From: Candidatus Saccharimonadota bacterium
Lineage (GTDB): Bacteria; Patescibacteriota; Saccharimonadia; QS-5-54-17
NCBI GenBank assembly: GCA_050486185.1
Contig: JBJHCT010000002.1
Location: 1,623 to 65,622, forward strand
DNA: 64,000 bases
Direction of reading: 5' to 3'
This document shows, in pieces, positions 1-8,839 of this stretch (the stretch's first letter is position 1; every line of letters starts with the position of its first letter). The notes under the pieces were generated by a model. It did no database searches and was not told the DNA's origin. It saw only the letters and a list, made by a program, of their open reading frames with translations. The position numbers and the translations under genes were made by a program.

Positions 1-356
1 TAAGAGAGATAATTAATAAATATGAACTTCTAGCTACAGTGGCTGGCCATATGGGTGATGGCAACTTTCACGTTATACCACTGATGGAAATAGAAAAAGA
101 GGAGGAAAGAGCCAAGCTAGAACCAGCCATGCGTGAAGTCAATGAGCTAGTGTTGAGTTATGGTGGCTCACTATCGGGTGAACATAATGACGGTCTGATA
201 CGTGGCCCGTGGCTGAAACAGATGTATGGAGAAGAGGTTTTTAACTACTTTAAACAGGTTAAAAATATTTTCGATCCAGAGAATATCTTCAACCCTCATA
301 AGAAAACCGATGCTACTTGGGAGTACGCCCAAGATCATATAAGGGATAGTTTTTAA
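1..356 (+). CDS. FAD-linked oxidase/dehydrogenase (GlcD/D-lactate dehydrogenase-like), C-terminal part, truncated by the window start
   Basis: AGHMGDGNFH, GSLSGEHNDG and KNIFDPENIFNP motifs of the FAD-oxidase C-terminal domain. The frame is open back to position 3. Confidence 0.85.
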   Translation, partial: REIINKYELLATVAGHMGDGNFHVIPLMEIEKEEERAKLEPAMREVNELVLSYGGSLSGEHNDGLIRGPWLKQMYGEEVFNYFKQVKNIFDPENIFNPHKKTDATWEYAQDHIRDSF

Positions 357-371
357 TCTAAACTGGAGCCT

Positions 372-1892
372 TTATCTAGGTACAAAATTTAGATAATCTT
401 CGTCACTACCAAATATCACTGGTGAGACAGCGTTTTCAGTCGCCTGGTTCACTTGCCAGACTATATAGTTAGGCCAGTACCAAGTTTCAGAGCTTCTAAT
501 TAGGAAGCTAGTTAGTCCGCCACCTTGCAGCACTAATACCAATGCTATTAAACAGCTAGCAACCTTGAGCTTGAGTCTATCTTTGAATAACCTACTTAAC
601 CCCAGACCCATAATAGCTATGACGCTAGGGATAACCAGTAGTAAATACCGGCCGTTTAAAGCTATTATTCTGCCACTACTGGTATATGAGGAGTAGTTAT
701 TTAGCCACAACACCAAGCAATAAAAGGCTGCTACTGCTAAAATCAGCCATAAATCAGGTCGGTTTCTAAATATTGATCTAGCATAAACAGTAGTAGCTAC
801 TAATCCTAATAAGAAAACAGCCGTAAAGCCTAGACTCATAAGCGGTAGTGGTGAGAAGTTTTGGTACCGATCAACCTCTACGTCTCCGTTAATCATGAAA
901 AACAATCTATACCACATACCGCTATGCCATTTACCGATATGCTCACTTAAACTTGGTGTAAATTCAGGGTCGATATCTTGGTCGTAGTAGTAGTTTCTCT
1001 CATACGGACCAAACTCCATGCACTGTTCATGAGATATAACCTCATCACAGCTAGGCATCAAAGTTTGATACTGGATTAGATTCAGCCCATAGCGCTCAAA
1101 AGCTAGCCCCATTCCTAGCAGCAACAGTAGCGGTAGGAGTAGCTTAGCTTTTGTAGATAGGTTGCCCCAACTAGCCTTCGTAACCTCAGCCATAGAAGCT
1201 AAATTATCTTTAAACTTAACCAATCCATAGATGAGTAAGAAAGCTGCCGTAGCTGCTAGGATAGGCAGTACTGCGTACTTAGTGATTGCAGCAAATACTG
1301 CTACAACAGCTAGTATTAGTAGATTTTTAATAGGTATTTTTTGTTGTTTGAGCTGTTTAGTAATATCAACTGCTAGTACTAACGTCCAAGCCACTAGTAG
1401 AATCAATAGATTATCGTAGTTTATATGGGCAGCTAGCAAAGGCACTATCGGTATGAGAGTAAATAGCAGCAGGCTGATATGGGTTAGGGCTGGTGACACC
1501 TTTAGTTTTAGAAATAGTTTACGGAAAATAACTAAAGCGTAAACAAATATACCGATATTAATCAGTCTGAGGGCGATAATCTGAGCTACCTGGTTATCGG
1601 TAAGCACGTCTAATATACGGTAAGGCCAACTCAATAGATAGTGGAAGAAGTAGGAAGGGTAGCGGTGCATAGCCGCAAAGGCATCAGCCCCTTCCGGGTG
1701 ATCTGGCAAGAACGGAAGCCACTGACTAGCATAAACTTGAATGACTCCAAAGTGGTAAGCTTCATCGAAAGCCATAGGATAAATTGCCGATAGCCCTATC
1801 CATAGAGCTTGAAAGATAAATAGACCTAAAACAATCCAAAAAAACTTAATAGAAGATAGTAGGTTGTAGATAGCTATATGCCAGTTCCTCAT
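372..1892 (-). CDS. Multi-pass membrane glycosyltransferase-like protein (GT-C/PMT-like)
   Basis: About 11-12 hydrophobic helices, a first-loop FDEAYH acidic motif, INYDNL and a late NGRYLL motif typical of GT-C fold proteins. Confidence 0.65.
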   Translation of the reverse strand: MRNWHIAIYNLLSSIKFFWIVLGLFIFQALWIGLSAIYPMAFDEAYHFGVIQVYASQWLPFLPDHPEGADAFAAMHRYPSYFFHYLLSWPYRILDVLTDNQVAQIIALRLINIGIFVYALVIFRKLFLKLKVSPALTHISLLLFTLIPIVPLLAAHINYDNLLILLVAWTLVLAVDITKQLKQQKIPIKNLLILAVVAVFAAITKYAVLPILAATAAFLLIYGLVKFKDNLASMAEVTKASWGNLSTKAKLLLPLLLLLGMGLAFERYGLNLIQYQTLMPSCDEVISHEQCMEFGPYERNYYYDQDIDPEFTPSLSEHIGKWHSGMWYRLFFMINGDVEVDRYQNFSPLPLMSLGFTAVFLLGLVATTVYARSIFRNRPDLWLILAVAAFYCLVLWLNNYSSYTSSGRIIALNGRYLLLVIPSVIAIMGLGLSRLFKDRLKLKVASCLIALVLVLQGGGLTSFLIRSSETWYWPNYIVWQVNQATENAVSPVIFGSDEDYLNFVPR

Positions 1893-1906
1893 AACTGGTA
1901 TATATT

Positions 1907-3586
1907 CTACCTGTTTTTAGTAATTTTGCGTAAGAGGTGGTGTATATCTCTGCGCCACTCCCAGAGGCCGTAGACTAGGGCTAAAGTAAATATAGTGGCG
2001 GCATACCACCAACTGATTGGTGCGGCTACGTAAGCTGCTCGAACCTCCTCTATATCATTAATAACTTCCTCATTAGGCAAGACTATGTTACGGCACCTGT
2101 TAGTTTCGGGGTTACGTTCTTGATTGGGTCCACAAGGAGTAAGTGAGGAAGTTGTTTCAATATTTCTACATCTGTTAGTTTCAGGATTACGTTCTTGATG
2201 AGGTCCACAAGGAACTAGCTGCCTGGCAGCGGATTCGATATTGCGACACCTATTGGTCTCAGGGTTGCGCTCTCTTCCTGGCCCACAATCAGGCAAGGGT
2301 TCTTCCTCTACTATATTCCTACACCTATTAGTCTCAGAATGTCTGAACTGTCCCTCAGGGCAGGGTCTGCTAGGCTGTTTGATGTTACTTTCCCCAGGGG
2401 TAGGAGAATAGCTCCACTGCCAAAAGAACTCATCATCCATAAATAGCGACCAAGAAGCTCCCTCTGGAATACTCTCTTCATATAAACTACTATCTAGGTT
2501 CATTTCTTCTAGATTTTCTAGATTTAGCTCATCTAGTTCAACATAGTTTTGATCTAGTAGATAAACCTTGCCACTGACTCCTACAGGTAGAGAGATTTTA
2601 CTTTCTTCTTCAAAAAAGGCCATAAACTCTCTAGCCCCTAAGATTAACTCATCATCAAACCAGAATATATCGCTCAAAGAACCGCTATTAACGGATAGAG
2701 TCTGTAAACCACAACCCTCTAGTGATATAGACTCATCTGTTGGATTATGTATCTCTATAAAGGCGTGTTCTTCTCTAGGAAACTGACTGCGAGGCCCTTT
2801 GGGGTTTGGAAGTAGCTCTGATAATATAACCCCTTCACAGTAGGTGGTGGGTTGCTCATCTAGACCTTCCTCGTCGGTATCACCTTCTTGATTATTGCCA
2901 TTATCGTCATCACCATCATCAGTATCATCACCGTTTTCTGGCTCTAAACAATCATAAGACTCTTTGGGTCTAGGTTGAGAGCTGATAGCAAAATCCAAAG
3001 AGTTATCTTCTTGATTAAATATCTCACCATCTTCTAAGAAACAACGGTGCAGGGATTGATCTCTATCCAATGTCAAAGCTGCTTCAACCAAAGGGGAGTC
3101 GGCACCGCCCCAACCTAGTAGATCAACAATCAGCCAACTACCATTTTGCTGTTGGTCTGGTTTAATCAGCCGTAGATGTCCGCCGCTATCGGCTAAACCA
3201 GCCCCGCTAAGCAGTAACTCAACATCGATACCGGGGTTTTTGTCTACAAACTCCTCAGTAGCAATTAGAAAGAAAGAGTTGGGCTCAATAGAGTAGGTAG
3301 CTTCTCCAGATTGGTTTGAGCTAATGCGATTGCTCCAGTTTGTACCGGTTGCTGCCTTGTACTCTAACCGCCACTCGGTTAGATCGATAACCTCATCGGT
3401 AGCATTATATAGCTCTACAAATTCGTATAAAGCATCATCCTCGCTACCGGTTTGAACCTCGCTAATTAATACAGAAGCATTAGGTGAGAACTCCCATTCC
3501 TGCGCATCGCTTTCAGCCGATACACTAACAGGCCAACTCCAAACCAAGCTAACAACAATCAATCCCAAAACTTTAAATAAACACAT
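1907..3586 (-). CDS. Secreted, C-terminally anchored protein with two lamin-tail domains and four Cys-paired repeats
   Basis: Signal peptide after M26 of the ORF, so the start was moved from 3661 to 3586. LTD signatures VLISEV...EFVELYN...IDL..W.L and VILSELLPNP...FIEIHN, an acidic linker, the repeats and a C-terminal TM helix. Confidence 0.8.
   Translation of the reverse strand: MCLFKVLGLIVVSLVWSWPVSVSAESDAQEWEFSPNASVLISEVQTGSEDDALYEFVELYNATDEVIDLTEWRLEYKAATGTNWSNRISSNQSGEATYSIEPNSFFLIATEEFVDKNPGIDVELLLSGAGLADSGGHLRLIKPDQQQNGSWLIVDLLGWGGADSPLVEAALTLDRDQSLHRCFLEDGEIFNQEDNSLDFAISSQPRPKESYDCLEPENGDDTDDGDDDNGNNQEGDTDEEGLDEQPTTYCEGVILSELLPNPKGPRSQFPREEHAFIEIHNPTDESISLEGCGLQTLSVNSGSLSDIFWFDDELILGAREFMAFFEEESKISLPVGVSGKVYLLDQNYVELDELNLENLEEMNLDSSLYEESIPEGASWSLFMDDEFFWQWSYSPTPGESNIKQPSRPCPEGQFRHSETNRCRNIVEEEPLPDCGPGRERNPETNRCRNIESAARQLVPCGPHQERNPETNRCRNIETTSSLTPCGPNQERNPETNRCRNIVLPNEEVINDIEEVRAAYVAAPISWWYAATIFTLALVYGLWEWRRDIHHLLRKITKNR
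2084..2362 (-). repeat. Four intragenic repeats, consensus C-x4-ERNPETNRCRNI
   Basis: CPEGQFRHSETNRCRNI, CGPGRERNPETNRCRNI, CGPHQERNPETNRCRNI and CGPNQERNPETNRCRNI. The DNA copies differ at synonymous sites. Confidence 0.95.
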
Positions 3587-3653
3587 TATCTCTTCCAACC
3601 TCAAACTTTGAGTACCATCATAAAGTCTGTATTTAGATTTTGCAAACATTTGT

Positions 3654-5120
3654 TTATTCAACCGGATTCTCTTGACGCAAGTTATATCCAGTAACTTTTA
3701 AGAGGTAAATAATGAGGACTAATATCAAAAAGTAGCTCAAGGCTAGATGTGTTGAGTTAAAAACTATCTCGTTATAGGCTATTTGTTGAGCAGCCAGCCA
3801 GTCACTAATTTGGTTGATATAACTTAGGATAATGTAGCTAGGCATACCAACAAAAACACCTAAAGCACTAGAAACCGTAGCTACTAGACCGCTAGCAGCA
3901 GTCAGTAGCATCACTATCGGCACTAGCGGCAAGATTAACAAGTTGGATGCTAGAGCTAATGGCGAATAATGACCAAAAGTGTAGGCGATGATAGGGAAGG
4001 TAGTAATTTGAGCTGAGGTAGTAGCAAGGACTATGTAGCGAAACATTCCTGGTTCAGTTCCGCCCCAAAAGTAGCTATTTAGTAGTGGTGCTAGGATAAT
4101 AACTCCAGCAAAAGCTGTGAAAGATAGAAACCAGCCGACATCACCCCATATAGAGCTAGGATCAATCACCACTGTTATAGCTGCTACAAATAAGAGTAAG
4201 ACTAGAGGATGAAAACTGCGTCCATAATACCAAGCTAGCAGGCTCAAGCCACTGACTAGAGCTGCTCTAGTCATAGAGGTACTAAAACCGGTAACTAATA
4301 AAAAGCCGAAAATACCGATAAAGCTCATCAGTGTAGCTAAGTATTTGGATAATCTCATGAAGCTTCTGCGCAAGTATTTAACCACGATACTTAAGTGAAA
4401 ACCGCTAGCAACCACTATATGAGCTAGCCCTAGGATACGCAGCCGCTCCAGTAAGTCACTCGGCAGTAGTTGCCTCTGTCCAAACAAAAAGCTAATTCCT
4501 AGTAGCGACTCAGGTTCAGGGATAGCTTCTTGGATGCGATCGGCAAAAAAGTCGCGGGCCCTTCGAGCTATATCACCAGGAATAGGTCTATAGATATCAA
4601 CTAGTTCTGCGCGGAAGATTGAGGCTGATAAATTACCAAAACCTTCTTCTAAATTGCCTTGAATAGATACAATATCACCTCTTTTAATCTCTAGATCTGT
4701 GCTTAAACTCACCCATATATCCCCTGGTAGTTTAGTAGAATCAATCGTAACTCTATCTAGACGCAGACTCATATTTCTGCCACTAACAGTGCCGGTGTCA
4801 TCAGCTACTCGTGCTTCTAGGCTGACAAAATTTCCATAATATTGTTCATATCCCAACATCTCATACTGTTGATTAGCACCTAAGAAAAGCCCAACTAATA
4901 CACCACCGGCTAAAAATATAGGCAACATCAAAACACGAGAGTTGAAGAAGCCAGCAATAATCAAAGAAAGAGCTACAACTAACCACTGAATAGAATAAAA
5001 ACTGTCGGGAGGTACTACTAGAATAGAGGCTACTCCGGCCAAAATCCCTAGTGAGATGGTAGCTATGGCCCAAGAGGGGTGAAGTCTGCGCTTGATTACA
5101 AACCCAATCTTATCAATCAC
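3654..5120 (-). CDS. comEC: ComEC/Rec2 DNA uptake channel, without a C-terminal metallo-beta-lactamase domain
   Basis: GLAHIVVASGFH, SMTRA, DVGWFLSF and LASNLL competence-domain motifs plus an N-terminal OB-like region. At 488 aa it ends after the TM bundle. Confidence 0.93.
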   Translation of the reverse strand: MIDKIGFVIKRRLHPSWAIATISLGILAGVASILVVPPDSFYSIQWLVVALSLIIAGFFNSRVLMLPIFLAGGVLVGLFLGANQQYEMLGYEQYYGNFVSLEARVADDTGTVSGRNMSLRLDRVTIDSTKLPGDIWVSLSTDLEIKRGDIVSIQGNLEEGFGNLSASIFRAELVDIYRPIPGDIARRARDFFADRIQEAIPEPESLLGISFLFGQRQLLPSDLLERLRILGLAHIVVASGFHLSIVVKYLRRSFMRLSKYLATLMSFIGIFGFLLVTGFSTSMTRAALVSGLSLLAWYYGRSFHPLVLLLFVAAITVVIDPSSIWGDVGWFLSFTAFAGVIILAPLLNSYFWGGTEPGMFRYIVLATTSAQITTFPIIAYTFGHYSPLALASNLLILPLVPIVMLLTAASGLVATVSSALGVFVGMPSYIILSYINQISDWLAAQQIAYNEIVFNSTHLALSYFLILVLIIYLLKVTGYNLRQENPVE

Positions 5121-5880
5121 TTATAGCCCCTCTTTCAACCGGCAGTACTTGCAGAGGACAAGTATCCAGTACTTGCTCCATAGCCTGCTTTTCCTTTGGT
5201 CTAACCCAAAGCTCGTACTTGAGCTTAACTGCTATTTGCCTAGCTATATATAGGCATTGATATTCTTGTGGTGGCAGCCAATCGGCTGCATCTTTATCAC
5301 CCTTAGCCATATTAGCCGGACCATCGATAGCAACTAGATTTAAGGGATCGTTATAGAATCTATGCCTTTGCTCATAACTTAGATCTTGGGCACCTTTAAT
5401 CCAAGCATCAGAGACCGCTACTAGGTGCTCTATATGTATATCACCGCTTGTATCTGGTCCACGAACAAACTCGATGCGAGTAAGGGTGAAGGGGTCACGT
5501 TCTAACACACCTGATAAGACGGTGCAGTTATCCTCATCTAAAACTATATCTACTAAATCGCGTTGCAAAATCCTATTCCTCATATCGCAACCACCAACAG
5601 TAGTCCAGCTGGAGCTGAAGTTATCTCGGCTATAGTCATCACGCGAGACAGCCTCAGCTACTGCTAGTTGGCCCAAGGCCTCTTTAGCTAATACTAAAGA
5701 GTCATCTTGTTCGATCTCTTCTATAGATAGACCTTGGTGGCTGCTTTGAGACATTAATCGCTGCTGATTGATGTGGTTGATAAATAAACCAACAGCTACA
5801 ACCGCAGCTATGACAACTAGCAATAAAAATCTGCGACGATGGTAAACTCTCTCTGTTTTATCCAAGAAACTATCCTTCAA
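5113..5880 (-). CDS. Membrane-anchored HNH endonuclease (DUF1524-like)
   Basis: N-terminal TM helix, CDMRNRILQRDL, HIEHLVAVSDAW, NDPLNLVAIDGPANMAKGD and C.YIARQIAVKLKY.L. Overlaps the comEC start by 8 bp. Confidence 0.85.
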   Translation of the reverse strand: MKDSFLDKTERVYHRRRFLLLVVIAAVVAVGLFINHINQQRLMSQSSHQGLSIEEIEQDDSLVLAKEALGQLAVAEAVSRDDYSRDNFSSSWTTVGGCDMRNRILQRDLVDIVLDEDNCTVLSGVLERDPFTLTRIEFVRGPDTSGDIHIEHLVAVSDAWIKGAQDLSYEQRHRFYNDPLNLVAIDGPANMAKGDKDAADWLPPQEYQCLYIARQIAVKLKYELWVRPKEKQAMEQVLDTCPLQVLPVERGAISD

Positions 5881-6011
5881 AACACCTTTAACAACAAACT
5901 GACATTGCTTGCTAACTTAGCATTCATAACTCAAAACTTGCAAGCATTGCTAAAGATAAATGGTTATGGTATGGTCTGGAATATATAGCTTAATAATTAG
6001 ATAAAACAAAA

Positions 6012-6596
6012 ATGTCGACTATTGAAGCAGCATCAACTTTAACCAGATCTTATGAAAGAGAGGTTGCTACAGGTGAGTCGATACTTTTAGCAGACGCTAG
6101 ATCACAGGCTTTACGAGAACTTGAAGATAGCTTGCCGATTAGAAATTCTAACTTAGTAGTTCCTGAAACAGTGCCTAAAAACGCAGACGATCTCTTGCTG
6201 TTTGTAGAAACCCAGGCCATAAATAGCACTAGAGAGTCGGTCTGTAGATATGTTAGAGATAAGATGCAAAGATATAAGGTTGGACAAACAGCTTTAGGTA
6301 GTAGGGAAGAAGCTGAGCTAAATATACTACCTCTATCTGGCAGACTAGATACAGCACTATTATTGCAGTCTGCTAGTTGGTTTGGCTTTAGGTACTTTCA
6401 CGATGTTAACTCTCCGATTATTCGTAAACTAGATGAACTGGATTTAAGAACAGCTGTAGATGGAGATCACCGCGTTCAGCAGAACGGACTAGTATTAAGA
6501 GCTTTACTATCTACTCTAGAATCGATAGAGATGGATTTAACACCACTAGCTAGAGCCCAAGGGGCGCAAGCTCTGGGTTATAGGTCTAGCTTTTAA
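6012..6596 (+). CDS. Hypothetical protein
   Basis: 194-aa ORF filling the gap before the tRNA. No motif recognised. Confidence 0.6.
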   Translation: MSTIEAASTLTRSYEREVATGESILLADARSQALRELEDSLPIRNSNLVVPETVPKNADDLLLFVETQAINSTRESVCRYVRDKMQRYKVGQTALGSREEAELNILPLSGRLDTALLLQSASWFGFRYFHDVNSPIIRKLDELDLRTAVDGDHRVQQNGLVLRALLSTLESIEMDLTPLARAQGAQALGYRSSF

Positions 6597-6629
6597 TTAT
6601 TACTCTTTCAGATTACACTATTTGAATAA

Positions 6630-6721
<92 letters not shown>

Positions 6722-6797
6722 ATTTATCAAAGACTAAATCTAAAAGATTAGAGTCAGACTGTTCCGGTTATTGTTTTAATTTGCTAAAATTTAAACA

Positions 6798-7319
6798 ATG
6801 AGAATAAGACGAATTGCAAGTAAAATTCGAGGATCAATATTTTTATTCGGCATCTCCATCCTCAGTTTACTGAAGGTACCCGCAGTTTTTGCAGATATAC
6901 CTGGGAACGTACGAGACCCTAAGAATCCTTACCCTCATATGAATCCGGATCCTGCATTAAATTATGGACAAGTTTCTACCTATGTTTTATTAACTTTAGC
7001 TTTAGAGCTTCCAATATTCTACCTTCTAGGTTTTAAGTCAAAAAAAGCACTGGGGCTTGTGGCGATAGTAAATATTATTAGTGTTTCCGCTTTTCATATT
7101 CTTAACTTCACCCTTAATGTAGAGCTCTTCTACGGTGTTGGTTTATTGATTGCTGAACTATTAATAATTATTTTCGAATTCTCACTGCTAGCGATGTTCT
7201 TGAGAAAAGAAATAGCAATTAAGAAAATAATAATCGCCACGGTAGTAGCAAATACTGTCTCTGCGCTAATTGGCATATTTATTATCAATATTATTTTTGA
7301 TGCAATAGGACTATTCTAG
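6798..7319 (+). CDS. Membrane protein, hypothetical
   Basis: Signal-like N-terminus plus about 4 TM helices with TLALELP, AELLII and ANTVS intramembrane polar motifs. Extended -10 TGcTAAAAT lies 7 nt upstream. Confidence 0.75.
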   Translation: MRIRRIASKIRGSIFLFGISILSLLKVPAVFADIPGNVRDPKNPYPHMNPDPALNYGQVSTYVLLTLALELPIFYLLGFKSKKALGLVAIVNIISVSAFHILNFTLNVELFYGVGLLIAELLIIIFEFSLLAMFLRKEIAIKKIIIATVVANTVSALIGIFIINIIFDAIGLF

Positions 7320-7321
7320 AT

Positions 7322-8311
7322 GTGATTAACCGGCGGCTAGCGATAATACTGCTTTTGTCTATCCCCATAATTATTCTGTCGGTGGTATTGATTAAAGACT
7401 TCGACAAAGACATTACTAATAGAAACTTTAGCGAACGGATGGCATTAGATTTTTATGCTGAGTGCGACAGTGGAGTCGATATGCATCGCGTTTACTGCCT
7501 TGAGGTTAAAATTATCTCCTATATATCTAGTTTTCCTGCAGAAACAGGGAATGTCTTTGCAACTTTTTGGGAAACAGGTAAAAGCGGAAAATTATCAGAC
7601 GATATGCGAATCTTTTCTGATATAGCACATAAAGCAGGAATGGTACTAGCAAACAGCGACATATCTTTAGATAAAGCTTTATCTTTTTGCGGCACAACCT
7701 TTAAGCAAGGCTGTATTCACGGAGTAATTATGGAGTATATAGACAACAAATATCCCTCTGAAATCGAAGCTTCTACATTGTTTGATTTTTGTGGCACAGT
7801 CTCTGATGAAAACTATATTATTTATATAAACTGTTTGCATGGGGTAGGGCATATACTAGCTGCAAAAAGCAGAGATTCAATCCAGTCAATTCTGGGTCTA
7901 TGTGATCCTCTATCTGCCGAGGAAAGCTTTGCCTGCGCAAGTGGAGTTCTTATGGAATACTCAAAAGGTACCGCAGGTTCTGGTGCGCATGCGCATACGC
8001 CGGTTGGCAAAAAGGAGCTGCCCTGTGTAGAGCTCGACGATGAGTATAAGTCGGTTTGCTATGCGAGCGCCGGTTCATACAGGCAATACCAGCCTGGTCA
8101 AGAGGATTTTAGTAAAAGCTATAACTTTTGTCTTAATAGTCCAGAGGAGTATATCGATGACTGTTTGATTGGATTGTCTGAACGAGCAATTTTGGCTTCG
8201 GCGGAAAATCAAGAAAAATTAAACGATATTTGTGCGGAAATTGAAAATCAAGATGCAAGATTTGCGTGTGTTGACTCAATTCAAAAATTACTCGAAATAC
8301 CATACCTCTAA
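7322..8311 (+). CDS. Membrane-anchored Cys/His-repeat protein
   Basis: N-terminal TM helix, repeated CIHGVIME / CLHGVGH / CASGVLME helical units and many spaced Cys pairs. Confidence 0.75.
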   Translation: MINRRLAIILLLSIPIIILSVVLIKDFDKDITNRNFSERMALDFYAECDSGVDMHRVYCLEVKIISYISSFPAETGNVFATFWETGKSGKLSDDMRIFSDIAHKAGMVLANSDISLDKALSFCGTTFKQGCIHGVIMEYIDNKYPSEIEASTLFDFCGTVSDENYIIYINCLHGVGHILAAKSRDSIQSILGLCDPLSAEESFACASGVLMEYSKGTAGSGAHAHTPVGKKELPCVELDDEYKSVCYASAGSYRQYQPGQEDFSKSYNFCLNSPEEYIDDCLIGLSERAILASAENQEKLNDICAEIENQDARFACVDSIQKLLEIPYL

Positions 8312-8599
8312 TCTTTTAGAGTTAACCTGATAAATTAAAGGTGCAGCTACGAATTTTTACTTCTATCCCTTGAACTGGGGATAGAAAAGAAAGCAAAACG
8401 ACAAGTAGACTCTTGTTCTAGTGAGCGCACTTTAGCGATTTCTCCCATAACCAAAGAATAGCTAGAAGTTTGCGCAGCATAAGGCCAATTGCTACAATGT
8501 GACTACAAAGTTTTTAGATAAAACTAACTAATTGTAATTAAGCCTCAGTCAATCAAAAAGAAAATATTATCAAGACACAAAACTAATTAACAATCCTAT

Positions 8600-8812
8600 A
8601 TGATACATAGAAGCCAGAAATTAACCCCCTTTAAGCAGACACTTTTTACCCTGTTAATTGGCCTATCTGTTGTTGCATTTTGGAGAGGTGCTTGGGGAAT
8701 TATGGATGCTTATTTGCTCCCAAATAATCATGAACTAAGTTCATGGGTTTCGATCATAATTGGATTAGCTATCTTATACATAACTCATTATTGGACAAAA
8801 GAGTTGGCCTAA
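8600..8812 (+). CDS. Small two-TM membrane protein (Fuseless-like motif)
   Basis: VVAFWRGAWGIMDAY motif followed by a second TM helix. Confidence 0.65.
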   Translation: MIHRSQKLTPFKQTLFTLLIGLSVVAFWRGAWGIMDAYLLPNNHELSSWVSIIIGLAILYITHYWTKELA

Positions 8813-8839
8813 AATCAACAACTGATAATGGCTTAGTAT

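Larger units (their letters stand above)
6722..8340. other. Putative horizontally acquired islet downstream of tRNA-Ser
   Basis: Two orphan genes right after a tRNA. Hand count of about 7 CTAG in 6781-8340 versus about 14 in 600 bp of comEC. No integrase or clear att repeat. Confidence 0.5.

Noticed and set aside
2084-2362. Regularly spaced repeats resembling a CRISPR array
   Set aside because: The repeats are in-frame, vary at synonymous positions and encode a protein motif. No cas genes are present.
5113-5880. HNH gene as a homing endonuclease or restriction/defence nuclease
   Set aside because: It has an N-terminal membrane anchor, with no intron or intein context and no adjacent methyltransferase. 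An exported nuclease fits better.
8338-8347. AAGGTGCAGC matches tRNA-Ser 6651-6660, a possible att remnant closing the islet
   Set aside because: Only 10 bp, from the tRNA's 5' half rather than the usual 3' end, and plausible by chance.
8361-8386. Inverted repeat TTCTATCCC/GGGATAGAA and short minus-strand ORFs in the 8311-8600 gap
   Set aside because: No U-tract on either strand and no recognisable protein. I cannot support a terminator or pseudogene call.
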